Assembly: GCA_047601445.1 (NCBI GenBank)
Contig: JASGJH010000001.1
Coordinates: forward strand, 1,600,001-1,664,000
From: Myxococcales bacterium
GTDB lineage: Bacteria; Myxococcota_A; Polyangia; Polyangiales; DASUME01
Reading direction: 5' to 3'
DNA: 64,000 bases
A program made the translations under genes and the position numbers. Below the pieces are notes generated by a model, which saw only the letters and a list, made by a program, of their open reading frames with translations, had not been told where the DNA came from and did no database searches. This document shows positions 32,601 to 41,901 of the stretch, in pieces; position 1 is the stretch's first letter; each line of letters opens with the position of its first letter.

Positions 32601-32728
32601 TGGCCGTATCGCGCGCACGCCATCATTTCGTGGCGCTCGGACACCGTGGCGTGATGGGACAGGGCGCACGCACGCGGCTACTAAGCGACGCGGCTCACCC
32701 TCTGTCCAGGCTTGCCTACGCCACCTAG
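29612..32728 (+). CDS. SF1 (Upf1/Dna2-like, AAA_11/AAA_12) helicase with a long helical insert
   Basis: GPPGTGKTT, SSNNRAVDN, IDEAGQ, GDTKQL, HFRC, ITPYRGQ, TVHRFQGGE, NVAVSRA. Confidence 0.9.
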   Translation: MGQPYLRREQTADVLRYWLSSLKLEAALELRPQARRAPATAPAPRLDLPTPGQDYFKLPLDSALAGLLGQRESVRRPLDGELSAFFETWLHAQYRRAEEQGDLSQLLCFPVVHMPRGELAGLLRCGVRLRFGRTTGEAFRVPSFAERQRGQYPAPPQEVLVSQSARQDGAWPFFVDTRLLNQTLGVPSEAIDALFDGLRALDGPSETQMLALVLRTLEGALPADASARAPASPAPSAHEDAEALLEGITGCMRTLLERANSRAQVYAVGIVLDGTQAKTTWHLQRDLRELLESEPPERLRNDRCLGAYLAGRPLEGTELPQQALFPGPVLTAHQRRAAEHFWGSRFTSVEGPPGTGKTTLILHLCAEALLGKIARFVEQGVMDDALLLITSSNNRAVDNVLEGLGGGAGLPLALRAGSRQICEQVLVHQLRQVKRWLEQAEAESREQRQAALAHAVERFRQLRARMEPLYAPRLRALGRRAERDRVREELAEAVQRAAEDGQALVLPGDALELPDGLAQPLRNALLKLEQRLVALSKLCEASPGLAQLNAVARHYGRTADGDLPVFEAALSAARLALDLPLPPLVAPLAPRELMDAWEDATERSLTLLGELRERLDATRAHAQRSQQRAERARTIEGLRERLAKLEQEAGDLPEVVHDAALSCTLFADAVSVREAWAKAEAGSLREAVVAALDTLESDRSLRPLYRDQPQHARTLQRLFGVWGSTLLSLANCFPSAAGSIARVVIDEAGQCHPAHAISALMRCDAALVIGDTKQLTPVIELSADEEARLLQSCGLRPEPWLEPYRLHTQAWVSTQSLAERAVQARHTLIDHFRCQPEIIEVSDALCGYGLRVHTPRATRAHEAPFLAAPLSWVDLEGQQESLGGSLCNQVELREVVALVRRLLTCGISACDVAVITPYRGQLELLRRAFAHERVPLEYSPELVEGHDAGSARASSGLALGTVHRFQGGERSIVLFTSVVTRAQSLGFLNARPNLLNVAVSRARHHFVALGHRGVMGQGARTRLLSDAAHPLSRLAYAT

Positions 32729-32760
32729 CGAGCGTGCGCGGAACTGCGCGCCGCGACTGC

Positions 32761-33531
32761 TCAGACGGGCTTCCGCGGACGCTCGTGATCCGGTCGCGCC
32801 TTCACGCAGCGGAAGATGCAATCGTCCCACAGCCCCCAGCGGCGCGCGTCCTCCGCGTCCATGGAGCGCTGGGGCCGCAGCTCGTCCACCCGGAAGCCTG
32901 GCGCACGCAGTCTCGCCAGCAGGTCGTGACCGTAGCTTCGGACGTGGTCGAATTGGCCGAAGCGCCGCGCTCGCTCGCGAGGGTCCGTGACACTGAGGTC
33001 CTCGTCCGTGCGCTGGTCGGATGCGTAGGGCACCTGGATGTACGCAATGCCCCCGGGCCGCAGCACACGGTGCAGCTCCCGGACCGCACGCTGGTCATCG
33101 GGCACGTGCTCGAGCACATGGCAACAGATCACCACGTCGAACGATGCGTCGGGCAGGTCGATGGCCGTGATGTCGCAGCGTACGTCGACCTTGGGGGCCC
33201 CCAGATCGGCGGTGACGTACCGGCGCACTCGCGCGTCCTTGCGAAAGCGGCGCTCGGCGCCCCACTCGGGCGCGAAGTGAAGCACGTCGACGAAGGGAGG
33301 AAAACGACTCCATTCGTTGGCGAGGCTGAGCTTCAGCAACCTGTGGCGCGACGCCGAGCCGCAAAAAGGACAGTTGCCCACGCTGTGGTTGCCCAGGAAG
33401 CGCGAGAACGTTCGCTCACAGATGGGGCATTCCACGCGAGAGCCGGCGTAGCGCAGCTTGGCAGCGTGCCGAAAGCCGGTGCGGTACACGTCACTCAGGA
33501 CGGGAACCCAACGATACGGTGATTGCAGCAT
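32761..33531 (-). CDS. Class I SAM methyltransferase with an N-terminal Zn-ribbon
   Basis: CPIC...CPFC, LHFAPE, FDVVICCHVLEHV, RVLRPGG, FGQFDHVR. Confidence 0.85.
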   Translation of the reverse strand: MLQSPYRWVPVLSDVYRTGFRHAAKLRYAGSRVECPICERTFSRFLGNHSVGNCPFCGSASRHRLLKLSLANEWSRFPPFVDVLHFAPEWGAERRFRKDARVRRYVTADLGAPKVDVRCDITAIDLPDASFDVVICCHVLEHVPDDQRAVRELHRVLRPGGIAYIQVPYASDQRTDEDLSVTDPRERARRFGQFDHVRSYGHDLLARLRAPGFRVDELRPQRSMDAEDARRWGLWDDCIFRCVKARPDHERPRKPV

Positions 33532-33645
33532 TCATCCCCCATGGTCGATGGGGCAAATCCGCGGATCCGCCCGGTGCGCAATCAGGAGTGAGATCCTGAT
33601 GCTTACGGGGATGGGATGTGCAGGCGTTGTGCCAGTGACGGCTAT

Positions 33646-34824
33646 TCACGCGACATAAAGCGCATCTCGCACGCGCTGAGGAAACTGCCCCATCATTCCC
33701 TCGATGGCCGTATTGGTCAGGCCCACCACCACCAGCGCACGAAGCGGGTCCACGAACCAACTGTGTCCCCAGACTCCGCCCCAGCTCCAGGTCCCCGCGC
33801 TCTGCGGCGTGCCCGCGAGCGACGGGTCGACGAGGACTGCGCCACCGTAGCCGAAGCCCCAGCCCGGCCCGAACACCACCGGCAGGTCGCCGACCTGATT
33901 CTCGAGCATCGTGCGGGCGGTCGCCGCGCTGAGCACGCCGCCCCCACCTGCGCGCACCGCCTCCAGCATGCGCGCCACGTCGCGTGCCGTGCCGTTCATC
34001 CCGGCGCCTCCCGAGGCAAAGGAGTGATCGTCGAACGCGCGCAGCGGGGACACGCTGATGCCGGACAGGCCCATGAACGGCAGCACCTGACGTCCCTCGA
34101 TCCTGACGGGCGGCGCTCCATCCGCGTAGGGAACCGCGAGACCCGCCGCGGGCACCTCGAACCCCGTGTCCAACATGCCGAGCGGTCCCGTGACGAGCGC
34201 TCGCACGGCCCCTGCCAGCCCCTGCCCACTGACGCGCTCGATCACCGCCCCGAGCACGTCGATGGCCACCGAGTAGCCCCAGTGCGTGCCGGGCGCATGG
34301 TCGAGCCCCGCCTGACTGATGCGCCGGAGCTCCTCCTCCATGCCGAGGCCCGGTTGGTCGAGTCCATCCGAGACCTGTGCGCGCAGATAGGAGCCGCCCG
34401 CGGCTTGAAAATGCCCGTACGACAGCCCCGCGGTGTGGGTCAGCAGCTGCCGCACGGAGACGGCGGGCGCGCTCCCGTCTGCGAGCCGGGGCCGAAACTG
34501 CGGCAGATAGCGCGCGACCTCGGCGTCGAGCGAGAGCTTGCCTTGCTCGACGAGGCGCAACGCCGCCACGCTCACGATGGGCTTGGTCACCGAGGCCAGG
34601 CGAAACACCGTGTCTTCCCGCATAGGCACGCGCGACTCGCGGTCGGCCCAGCCCGCCGCGTGCACGTACAACGGCCTCCCATGCTCCAGCACCACCACCA
34701 CGGTGCCCACGATGCGCTGCGCCTCGAGCGCCTCCTCGATGACCGCGTCGAGTCGGCCCTGGATGCCCCTTGCGTCGAGTCGAGTTTGCTCCCGAGTTCC
34801 CAGCCTTTGCACGTCGACACTCAT
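33646..34824 (-). CDS. Beta-lactamase-family serine hydrolase (family VIII esterase)
   Basis: ASVTK (SxxK), LLTHTAG, WGYS, WGG. Confidence 0.9.
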   Translation of the reverse strand: MSVDVQRLGTREQTRLDARGIQGRLDAVIEEALEAQRIVGTVVVVLEHGRPLYVHAAGWADRESRVPMREDTVFRLASVTKPIVSVAALRLVEQGKLSLDAEVARYLPQFRPRLADGSAPAVSVRQLLTHTAGLSYGHFQAAGGSYLRAQVSDGLDQPGLGMEEELRRISQAGLDHAPGTHWGYSVAIDVLGAVIERVSGQGLAGAVRALVTGPLGMLDTGFEVPAAGLAVPYADGAPPVRIEGRQVLPFMGLSGISVSPLRAFDDHSFASGGAGMNGTARDVARMLEAVRAGGGGVLSAATARTMLENQVGDLPVVFGPGWGFGYGGAVLVDPSLAGTPQSAGTWSWGGVWGHSWFVDPLRALVVVGLTNTAIEGMMGQFPQRVRDALYVA

Positions 34825-34883
34825 GGCGATCCGCTCCTCTTCTGGATGAACCCAATGTGGGCCGTCCCCAGGTCATATCGCCA

Positions 34884-34898
34884 ATGCATGTTCGTCAT
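34884..34898. promoter_or_regulatory. Candidate LysR T-N11-A box
   Basis: ATG-N9-CAT palindrome in the divergent esterase/LysR gap. Confidence 0.4.
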
Positions 34899-34900
34899 CT

Positions 34901-35863
34901 ATGCTCATACCCATGACGCATCTTGCCGGAGTCGACCTCAACTTGCTCCCGTTGCTCGACGCAATCCTCGCCGAGCGTCACCTCACGCGCGCCGCCCGCC
35001 GCGTGGGCCTCTCGCAGCCCGCCGCGAGCCGTGCCCTCGGGCGCCTGCGGACCTTGCTCGCCGACCCACTGCTCGTGCGTAGCGGCCCCCACTGGATCCT
35101 CACGCCGCGCGCGGAGGCCTTGCGCGGGCCCGTGCGGCGTAGCCTGGCCTTGGTCGAGGAGACGCTGGCTCCGCCTGGGGCCTTTCGTCCGGAGCTCGAG
35201 CGACGCCGACTCCGCATCGCCTGCGACGACTACTCCGAGTTCGTGGTGCTGACGCCGCTGTTCAGGCGTCTCGCGCGCCGCTCTCCTGGCATCGACGTGG
35301 AGGTGCTGCCCAACCGCGGCGACGTGCTGCAGCAGCTAGCGCGCGGTGAAGCCGACTTGGCCTTGGCTCCCCTCATGGAGCACCTACCGACCGGCGTCAT
35401 GGGCGACGTGCTCTCCGAGGACGGCTTCGTCGGCATGGTGTCGACGCGGCATCCCTTCGCTCGCAAGCGCCCTACCCTGAAGCAGTTCGTCGCGGCCCGA
35501 CACGCGCTGATCGCTCCCTCGGGAGAGCGCGGCGGCTTTGTCGACCGGGCGCTACGAGAGCTGGGGCACGAGCGCCACGTCTCGCTGATGCTGCCCCATT
35601 TCCTGGCGATGCCCTTTCAGATCGCCCATACCGACCTGGTGCTCACGATGGCCGAGCGGGTGGCCCGTGTGTTCGCTGGCTTCTTACCGGTGAAGCTCTT
35701 CGCGCCACCGCTCGCGTTGCCACGCTTTCAGACCACGCTCTACTGGCACCAGCGCGACGAGCATGACCCTGGGTCGCGTTGGGTTCGCCACCAAGCGCTG
35801 GCGCTGCGCGCAGAGCTCGAGCGCAGCGGTACACGGGCTCGCCGAACCCGCGGAGCTCCCTGA
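34901..35863 (+). CDS. LysR-family regulator (NodD/MexT-like)
   Basis: DLNLL...LTRAARRVGLSQPAASRALGRLR...DPLLVR; divergent from the esterase. Confidence 0.93.
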   Translation: MLIPMTHLAGVDLNLLPLLDAILAERHLTRAARRVGLSQPAASRALGRLRTLLADPLLVRSGPHWILTPRAEALRGPVRRSLALVEETLAPPGAFRPELERRRLRIACDDYSEFVVLTPLFRRLARRSPGIDVEVLPNRGDVLQQLARGEADLALAPLMEHLPTGVMGDVLSEDGFVGMVSTRHPFARKRPTLKQFVAARHALIAPSGERGGFVDRALRELGHERHVSLMLPHFLAMPFQIAHTDLVLTMAERVARVFAGFLPVKLFAPPLALPRFQTTLYWHQRDEHDPGSRWVRHQALALRAELERSGTRARRTRGAP

Positions 35864-35871
35864 ATGGGAGG

Positions 35872-36273
35872 CTACATGCACCTGCCGTTGGTACACGAGG
35901 TGTGACCGCAACCGAAAAAGCTGCAGTCCTTCACGTAATCACTGCAGGTCCGTGCGCACATGCCGCCATCAGAGCCCGCGTCCTTGTCGCCCCCGGCATC
36001 CTTATCGCCGTCGCCGTCGCCATCGCCCGCGTCGAGATCGCGACCGGCGTCTCCGTCGCCATCCCCGTCTCCGTCGCCATCCCCGTCTCCGTCGCCATCC
36101 CCGTCGCCGTCTCCATCCCCGTCGCCGTCACCATCTCCATCGCCGTCACCACCGGCGTCGTTGACGTACTTCGGTGCGGGCGCCGGGTCGTCGCCGCAGG
36201 CGATGATCAGCAGGCCAACGAAGAGCGCGACCAGGCCGCGCCGGAGGATTCGCGAAGACAGGGAGAAGCTCAT
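35872..36273 (-). CDS. Small lipoprotein with a (Gly-Asp)17 linker and a Cys-rich tip
   Basis: LIIAC lipobox; GD run; six Cys in the C-terminal ~30 aa. Confidence 0.7.
   Translation of the reverse strand: MSFSLSSRILRRGLVALFVGLLIIACGDDPAPAPKYVNDAGGDGDGDGDGDGDGDGDGDGDGDGDGDGDGDGDGDAGRDLDAGDGDGDGDKDAGGDKDAGSDGGMCARTCSDYVKDCSFFGCGHTSCTNGRCM
36049..36150. repeat. Coding hexamer tandem repeat (17 units)
   Basis: RTCNCC x17, including three perfect GTCTCCGTCGCCATCCCC units at 36049-36102. Confidence 0.85.
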
Positions 36274-36350
36274 GCTGCAAGCGTTGCGGATCTTGGGGCG
36301 TTCTGCCGTGACATCCCTGGCCGCTCACGCTGCCTGATCGCGGCCAGACT

Positions 36351-36804
36351 TCACGCGCCGTCGGCGCTCCCCGTCATTCGCAGCGCCAGCTCTTCCATAT
36401 CGAGCAGCGTCAGCGGCCCATCGTCCGTCAATACCGGCTCGCCCGGCGTGAGGGCTGCGCGGAATGCCACACTGCCCACCGAGCGCGTGCTCTCCGCCGG
36501 GACGCCCAACAACCCAAGACTCGACTTGCACACCACCAACCTGCGCGTTGCGGTGGCGGCATGCAGTGGGCGCGCGACCGCGACGAGTCGTCCGCGGTCT
36601 TGAACCACCCCGAGCACCTCGCCGGCCGTTTCCGGGATCTCCGTTGGGTTCCGTCCAGGGCACGATTGAATCGACGGCGGTCGGCGCGATGCCGAGCAGG
36701 ATGGGTCCCTGCGTCAGCACCAGCAGTTCTCGTTCGCCATGCGCCGCATCCACCGCACCGACTTGCTCCGCCAGCTCGGCGAACGCAGAAAGCTCGTCAC
36801 TCAC
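36351..36804 (-). CDS. CheW-like coupling protein (frameshift near 36645)
   Basis: Removing one base gives ELLVL...LLGIAPTAVDSIVPWTEPTEIPETAGEVLGVVQDRGRLVAV...LTLLDMEEL, a CheW pattern. Confidence 0.7.
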
Positions 36805-37113
36805 TCGCACTACCTCCGAGCCCGCGATCTTACCGTTTTGCGAGCTGCGCCACGCGCGAAGCATCGCTGACATTACACGTATTTTTGAGGCGCTTTTGTC
36901 TGCCTGCAGACAACGCCAAAACTGTTGCCTGCGAACGCATCACCCCTTTACGATTCAGCAACATTCGATCCGAATCGCCCACAGCGCCTGGGGAGGCTCT
37001 GCGGGAATCACTGGATCGAGAAGTCTCTACATCGGGGGAGACATCGCGAGCTCCAACGAGCTGCGTGGATGGCATGGGTTTGCCGTGTGAACGAACGGCG
37101 GGCAGGGGAAAAC

Positions 37114-38150
37114 ATGAAGAAGGTCACGAGCGCTCTCTAATGCTTGGGTTGGTAGGTTCGGCTTGCGGTGGCGATGACGGTGACAAAACCGTGCGCGAGA
37201 ACACCGGCAAGCTCCGCGTTGGCTTCGTCAATTTCCAGGAAATCAGCGTTTGGCGCGACGAGGAGAACCGCAGCGTGCAGGCCGAGGCCGAGAAGCGCGG
37301 CTACGAGCTCGTGTATCGCAACTCCGTCGACGAGTCGCGCCAGGCGGACGACATCGAGGAGCTGGCCGCGATGGGCCTCGACGGCATCTTCCTCGCTCCG
37401 AAGGTCGTGTCGCTCGCTTCCTCCGTCGTGAGTGCGAGCAAGGCCGGCGTGCCGATCATCCTGCTCGACCGCGGCGTGGACGAAAGCGTGGCCAAGCCCG
37501 GACAGGACTACCTGACACTCATGTCCTCTGACTTTGCGCTCGAAGGTAAGATGGTCGCCGAGTGGGTCAACGACCACTTGGGCGAGTTCGAGGCCAAGTG
37601 GGGCGCGATGCCGGCGGGTGGCTGGCCCGCGCTCGAGCTCGAGGGCAGCATGGGTGCGGACCCGGCCATCAAGCGCAAGCAAGGCTTCGACGCCGAGATT
37701 GCCGCCAACGGTGGCGGCAAGGTCAATATCGTCGCCTCGATCACGGCGAACTTCGACGACGCCAAGGCCAAGGAAGTCACCACCGCCCAGCTGGCCGCTC
37801 ACCCGGACCTCAAGATCATCTACACGCACAACGACGGCATGGCGATGGGCGCCATCAGCGCCATCGAAGCCGCCGGCCTCAAGCCGTCCGACTTCATGAT
37901 CGTCTCCATCGACGGCGCCAAGATGGCCACCCAGGCGATCTTCGACGGCAAGATGAACCTGACGGTGACCTGTAACCCGAGCTTCGGCCCCTCGGCCTTC
38001 GACAAGCTCGAGGCGTTCCTGGCCGGTCAGAGCCTGCCCACGCACATCGTCACCAGCGACGTCGCCTGTGACCTCGCCGCGGTGATGCAGGCGTTCGGGA
38101 ACACCGACGACGCCCACGAGCCCTGCGACGGCTTCGGGTCCGCCAACTGA
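37114..38150 (+). CDS. Sugar-type periplasmic binding lipoprotein (RbsB/YtfQ-like; frameshift near 37135 in the signal peptide)
   Basis: MKKVTSAL(L)MLGLVGSAC; GVPIILLDR, HNDGMAMGA, IVSIDG. Confidence 0.85.
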
Positions 38151-38224
38151 TTTAGGTGCGCGAGACGGCTCACGGGCCGGTGCGAGCCCCCGTGAGCCCG
38201 AGATTGGATACGCCGGCGAAGACG

Positions 38225-39472
38225 ATGCGCAATTTCTCTGTGACGATCCTCCGCTCTAGCCTGCTCCTGTGTTTGTTGCATGGCTGCTCGGACCCCGCCC
38301 CTGCCGATACGGTCTCGTTCGGTCTGGCGTTGCCCTTTACGGGCGCGAGCGCCCAGCGCGGCGTGAACATCGAGCGGGCCATGATCACCGCTGGCGACGA
38401 GATCAATCGCGCCGGAGGTGTGCTCGGACGTGAGGTGCATTTCCGTGCCGTGGACACGCACTCCACCACGTACGAGGGGATGCGTGCAGCGACTCCGCTG
38501 TTTTCGGACGGCGACGCCGTGGCGGTGCTCGGGCCCGACAGCAATGACCTCGCCCTGAGTCTGGCCCCGGTTGCCCACAGCTCGGACAAGCTCCTGGTGA
38601 CGCCCAGCGCGACGCCGCGCAGCGTGGCCGTGTCCAAAGACGAGCGCGACCACTGGCTTCGCCTCAACCCATCGGTGTCCCTGCTGGCCGACAAGCTCGC
38701 CGAGCAGATCATCGCCGACGACCGCAGGCACGTGCTCATCGTACACGTGGTGGATTCGCTGATGGTGGCGTTGAAGGATCAGATCACCAGCCGGCTGGTC
38801 CGCGACACGCAGACGCGCGTGCCGGCCGCCGTGGCGATCACGCCCGATCGTTTTCCCGACAATACCGCGGTGATCGAGGCGCTTGCGCATGCCGGAGACA
38901 CCTACGACGCCGTCGTCGTCCTGGCCTATCCCAACCGCGCCGCGAGCATCGTGAACGACGTGGTGCTCTCCTATGCACCCGCGCGCCGCAAGGCCATCGG
39001 CTGGTACTTCTCGCATACCGTGCGGAGCCCCGAGTTCCTCGAGCACGTGCTGACCGAGTACATCGAGGGTGGCACCGGCGTGGCCTTGGCCGTCGGCCAG
39101 GATGCCGCGGCATTCCGTGAGCTCTTCCGCGAGCGCTGGTTCGGCGATGAGCCCACCGAGGAGGCCTACTACTACGTCGACGCGCTCAACCTGCTCGCGC
39201 TGGCCACGGAGGCGACGGGCGCCGACGACCCCAGCGAGGTCGCGGCCGCCACGCTGAGCGACAACATCCGCAAGCTCGCGCAGGCGGGCGGGCAAGAAGT
39301 GCGCTGGAACCAGCTCGACGCGGGCCTCGAGGCGGTGCGCGCGGGCAAGCCGGTTACCTATCTCGGACTCACTGGAAATCTGCAGCTGATGGGAGGCGAG
39401 CTTCAGCGTGAAGTGGTCGACGCATCGTTGTGGCGAATCGAAGGAGGGAAGTATGCGTCCTTCACGCGCTAA
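38225..39472 (+). CDS. Branched-chain amino-acid-type periplasmic binding lipoprotein
   Basis: LHGC lipobox; LPFTG, INRAGGVLGR, VLGPDS, YLGLTG. Confidence 0.85.
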   Translation: MRNFSVTILRSSLLLCLLHGCSDPAPADTVSFGLALPFTGASAQRGVNIERAMITAGDEINRAGGVLGREVHFRAVDTHSTTYEGMRAATPLFSDGDAVAVLGPDSNDLALSLAPVAHSSDKLLVTPSATPRSVAVSKDERDHWLRLNPSVSLLADKLAEQIIADDRRHVLIVHVVDSLMVALKDQITSRLVRDTQTRVPAAVAITPDRFPDNTAVIEALAHAGDTYDAVVVLAYPNRAASIVNDVVLSYAPARRKAIGWYFSHTVRSPEFLEHVLTEYIEGGTGVALAVGQDAAAFRELFRERWFGDEPTEEAYYYVDALNLLALATEATGADDPSEVAAATLSDNIRKLAQAGGQEVRWNQLDAGLEAVRAGKPVTYLGLTGNLQLMGGELQREVVDASLWRIEGGKYASFTR

Positions 39473-41867
39473 GTCGGTGCGCTCTCGAAGTCTTCTTCTG
39501 TTGGCCGGCTCCTTGGCCATGTGTGCGAGCGCGGTGCACGCACAAGACGCGGCCTTGCCGCCGTCCGAGCCAGCCACGTTGCCTCAGGCTCCCGTCGAGC
39601 CGCCTGCGCAGGTCCCCGAGCAAGTCGGTGAGACTGCCCCCGTGGCAGCACCCGAGCCTGTCCTTGTCGATGCGACAGCCGGTCAGCCGGCGCCCGAGCA
39701 GCCCGCGGCAGCGGCCCCAGCGGCACCGCCAGCCGACGAGGCTGGTTCCGAGGCACCCGTAGAGCCAGCGTCCGAGGACGCGGTGCCAGCAGACGGATCG
39801 ACCGACGAAGCGGAGCTCGCGGAGCTGAGCCTCGAGCAGCTCCTCAGCCTGGAGATCGTCTCCGCCACCAAGGACAAGCAGCGTCTCGAAGAAGCCCCCG
39901 CCATCATGACCGTCCTCACGCAGGACGACATGCGCAAGTGGGGCTATCGCACGGTGGTCGACGCGCTCAAGCACGTGCCCGGCTTCTATGTGGTCGACGA
40001 CGGCACCATCCCCAACGTCTCCACGCGCGGCATGGGCGGAAGCCTGCATGCCGAGAGCGGTGGCATCAAGGTCTTGATCAACGGCACCGCTGCCACCTAT
40101 CGCAGCACGGGTGGCCAGTGGCTCGACTCGGCCAACCTGCCGGTGGCTGCCATCGAGCGCATCGAGATCATCCGGGGACCGGCCTCAGCGCTCTACGGCG
40201 CCGACGCGTTCCTGGGCGTCGTCAACATCGTGACGCGGCAGTCCTTCAGCAGCACCGATGTCGGCGAGCTCACCGTGGGTGGCCGGCACCGCTTCGCGAC
40301 GGACAACAACGGTGGTGACGGCTCGTTCGCGGTAGGCCGGAACGAGGAGCGCTATCGCTTCATGTTCTCCGGCAACTACGACCGCGACGACCGCTCCGGC
40401 CTCAAGCTGCCTTCGAGTTCCCCGGCTCCCAACACCGGCGAGCGCGACGCGCACAGCCTGCGCTCACAACAGCATCAGGACTCCGCCTCGTTCTACGGGC
40501 GCGGTGAGTACAACGCGTCCGACACCGTCAAGCTCAGCCTGGCCGGCTACTACGCTCAGCTGCGGCGCGACGACGAGTTCTCGTACCTGACCCAGTTCGC
40601 CAACATCACCGACGAGAATGGGCGCCCTTCTCGCAACCAAATCGCGCGGCAAAACGCCTTCGTGACCGCGCGCGCCGACTGGGCCGCCACCGACAAGGTG
40701 AACCTGTCCCTGGACAGCACGTTCTTCGAGGGCCAGCCCCTCAAGGGCGACCGCACCGAAAACGGCGACGAGTTCTACTACTACCAGAAGCGCCATCGTT
40801 CGCGTGGCAACCAGACCAGGCTCGAGGGACAGTGGAAGCTCGAGCGCGTGTCGCTCACCGTGGGCGCGGAGTCCATCTACGACATGGAGCTGCTGCCGCA
40901 GGTCACCGTGCGCTCGAAGGTGCCCGCCGGCACCATCGAGCCCGGCGAGACCGTCGCCTCCCACACGCAGGGCGAAAAGGCCTTCGTGAACTTGGCCGCC
41001 TTCAGCCAGGCGCAGTGGAAGGTGTGGGACCAGTACCTGACCCTGACCGGTGGTGCACGTTACGACCACCACAACATCTACGGTGGCCAACCGAGCGGCC
41101 GCATCGGCGCCGTCTCGTCGCCGGTCGAGAGGCTCTCGATCAAGGCCCTGTATGGCACCGCTTTCCGGGCACCGACGCCGGAGCTCCTGTACGCCATCCC
41201 TGCGGCTCCCGGTGACATCAGCGGTAACCGCGGCCTCGCTCCGCAGCGCGTGCACACCATCGAGGGAGAGGTCTCGTACCGCTTTACCCCGAACTTGATG
41301 GCCACGACCGGCCTCGCCTACAACATCCTGCAGCACGGCGCCGAGTTCGTTCAGGTCGGAGCGTTCAAGGAAGCGTTGAACCTCACCAGCTTGAACAGCC
41401 TCTCCTGGGAATCGTCCGTACGCCTACGTTACCCGGACAACATCGAGGCCTACGCGAGCTACGAGCTCAACCACACCGAGCGTGACGTGGGCGGCTCGAG
41501 CTACCAGTCATCGCTAATCGGCAAGGACGGCGTCATCTATCCGCGCATGCAGCTCCACACGGGCGTGAACAAGGCGTTCCCGAGCCTCTACTTCCGGGTC
41601 TTCGGTGAGTTCACCTTGATCGGCAAGCGTCGGGCCAGCGTGGACAACATTCTCGAGAAGGGCGCGTCCTACTACCTGAGCCAGTACTACTTGTTCGACT
41701 GCGGCGTGAGTACGATGAAGCTGCAGGCCCTCGAGGGTCGCGACACCGATATCTCGCTCTTCGTTCGCAACGCGTTCGGCGCCAACTCGCCCGACCCAGG
41801 CTTCGGCGGCGTCGACTATCCCCGCCTGCCGCTCACTGTTTTCCTCCAACTTCGTCAGAAGATCTGA
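39453..41867 (+). CDS. TonB-dependent receptor (YfiR-associated type) with a long acidic Pro/Ala N-terminal linker
   Basis: Signal peptide; LSLEQLLSLEIVSATK...EAPA plug; IERIEIIRGPASALYGADA.GVVNIVT; YGTAFRAPT. Confidence 0.92.
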   Translation: MRPSRAKSVRSRSLLLLAGSLAMCASAVHAQDAALPPSEPATLPQAPVEPPAQVPEQVGETAPVAAPEPVLVDATAGQPAPEQPAAAAPAAPPADEAGSEAPVEPASEDAVPADGSTDEAELAELSLEQLLSLEIVSATKDKQRLEEAPAIMTVLTQDDMRKWGYRTVVDALKHVPGFYVVDDGTIPNVSTRGMGGSLHAESGGIKVLINGTAATYRSTGGQWLDSANLPVAAIERIEIIRGPASALYGADAFLGVVNIVTRQSFSSTDVGELTVGGRHRFATDNNGGDGSFAVGRNEERYRFMFSGNYDRDDRSGLKLPSSSPAPNTGERDAHSLRSQQHQDSASFYGRGEYNASDTVKLSLAGYYAQLRRDDEFSYLTQFANITDENGRPSRNQIARQNAFVTARADWAATDKVNLSLDSTFFEGQPLKGDRTENGDEFYYYQKRHRSRGNQTRLEGQWKLERVSLTVGAESIYDMELLPQVTVRSKVPAGTIEPGETVASHTQGEKAFVNLAAFSQAQWKVWDQYLTLTGGARYDHHNIYGGQPSGRIGAVSSPVERLSIKALYGTAFRAPTPELLYAIPAAPGDISGNRGLAPQRVHTIEGEVSYRFTPNLMATTGLAYNILQHGAEFVQVGAFKEALNLTSLNSLSWESSVRLRYPDNIEAYASYELNHTERDVGGSSYQSSLIGKDGVIYPRMQLHTGVNKAFPSLYFRVFGEFTLIGKRRASVDNILEKGASYYLSQYYLFDCGVSTMKLQALEGRDTDISLFVRNAFGANSPDPGFGGVDYPRLPLTVFLQLRQKI

Positions 41868-41901
41868 GCACTCGCACCTGGTGGCGTCCAAAGCCGCACC
41901 C

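Noticed and set aside
33646..34824. Beta-lactam resistance gene
   Set aside because: The LLTHTAG and WGG motifs point to a family VIII esterase rather than AmpC.
36049..36150. CRISPR-like repeat or a Pro-Ser protein on the plus strand
   Set aside because: It is a hexamer repeat with third-position wobble fitting Gly-Asp codons of the minus-strand lipoprotein.
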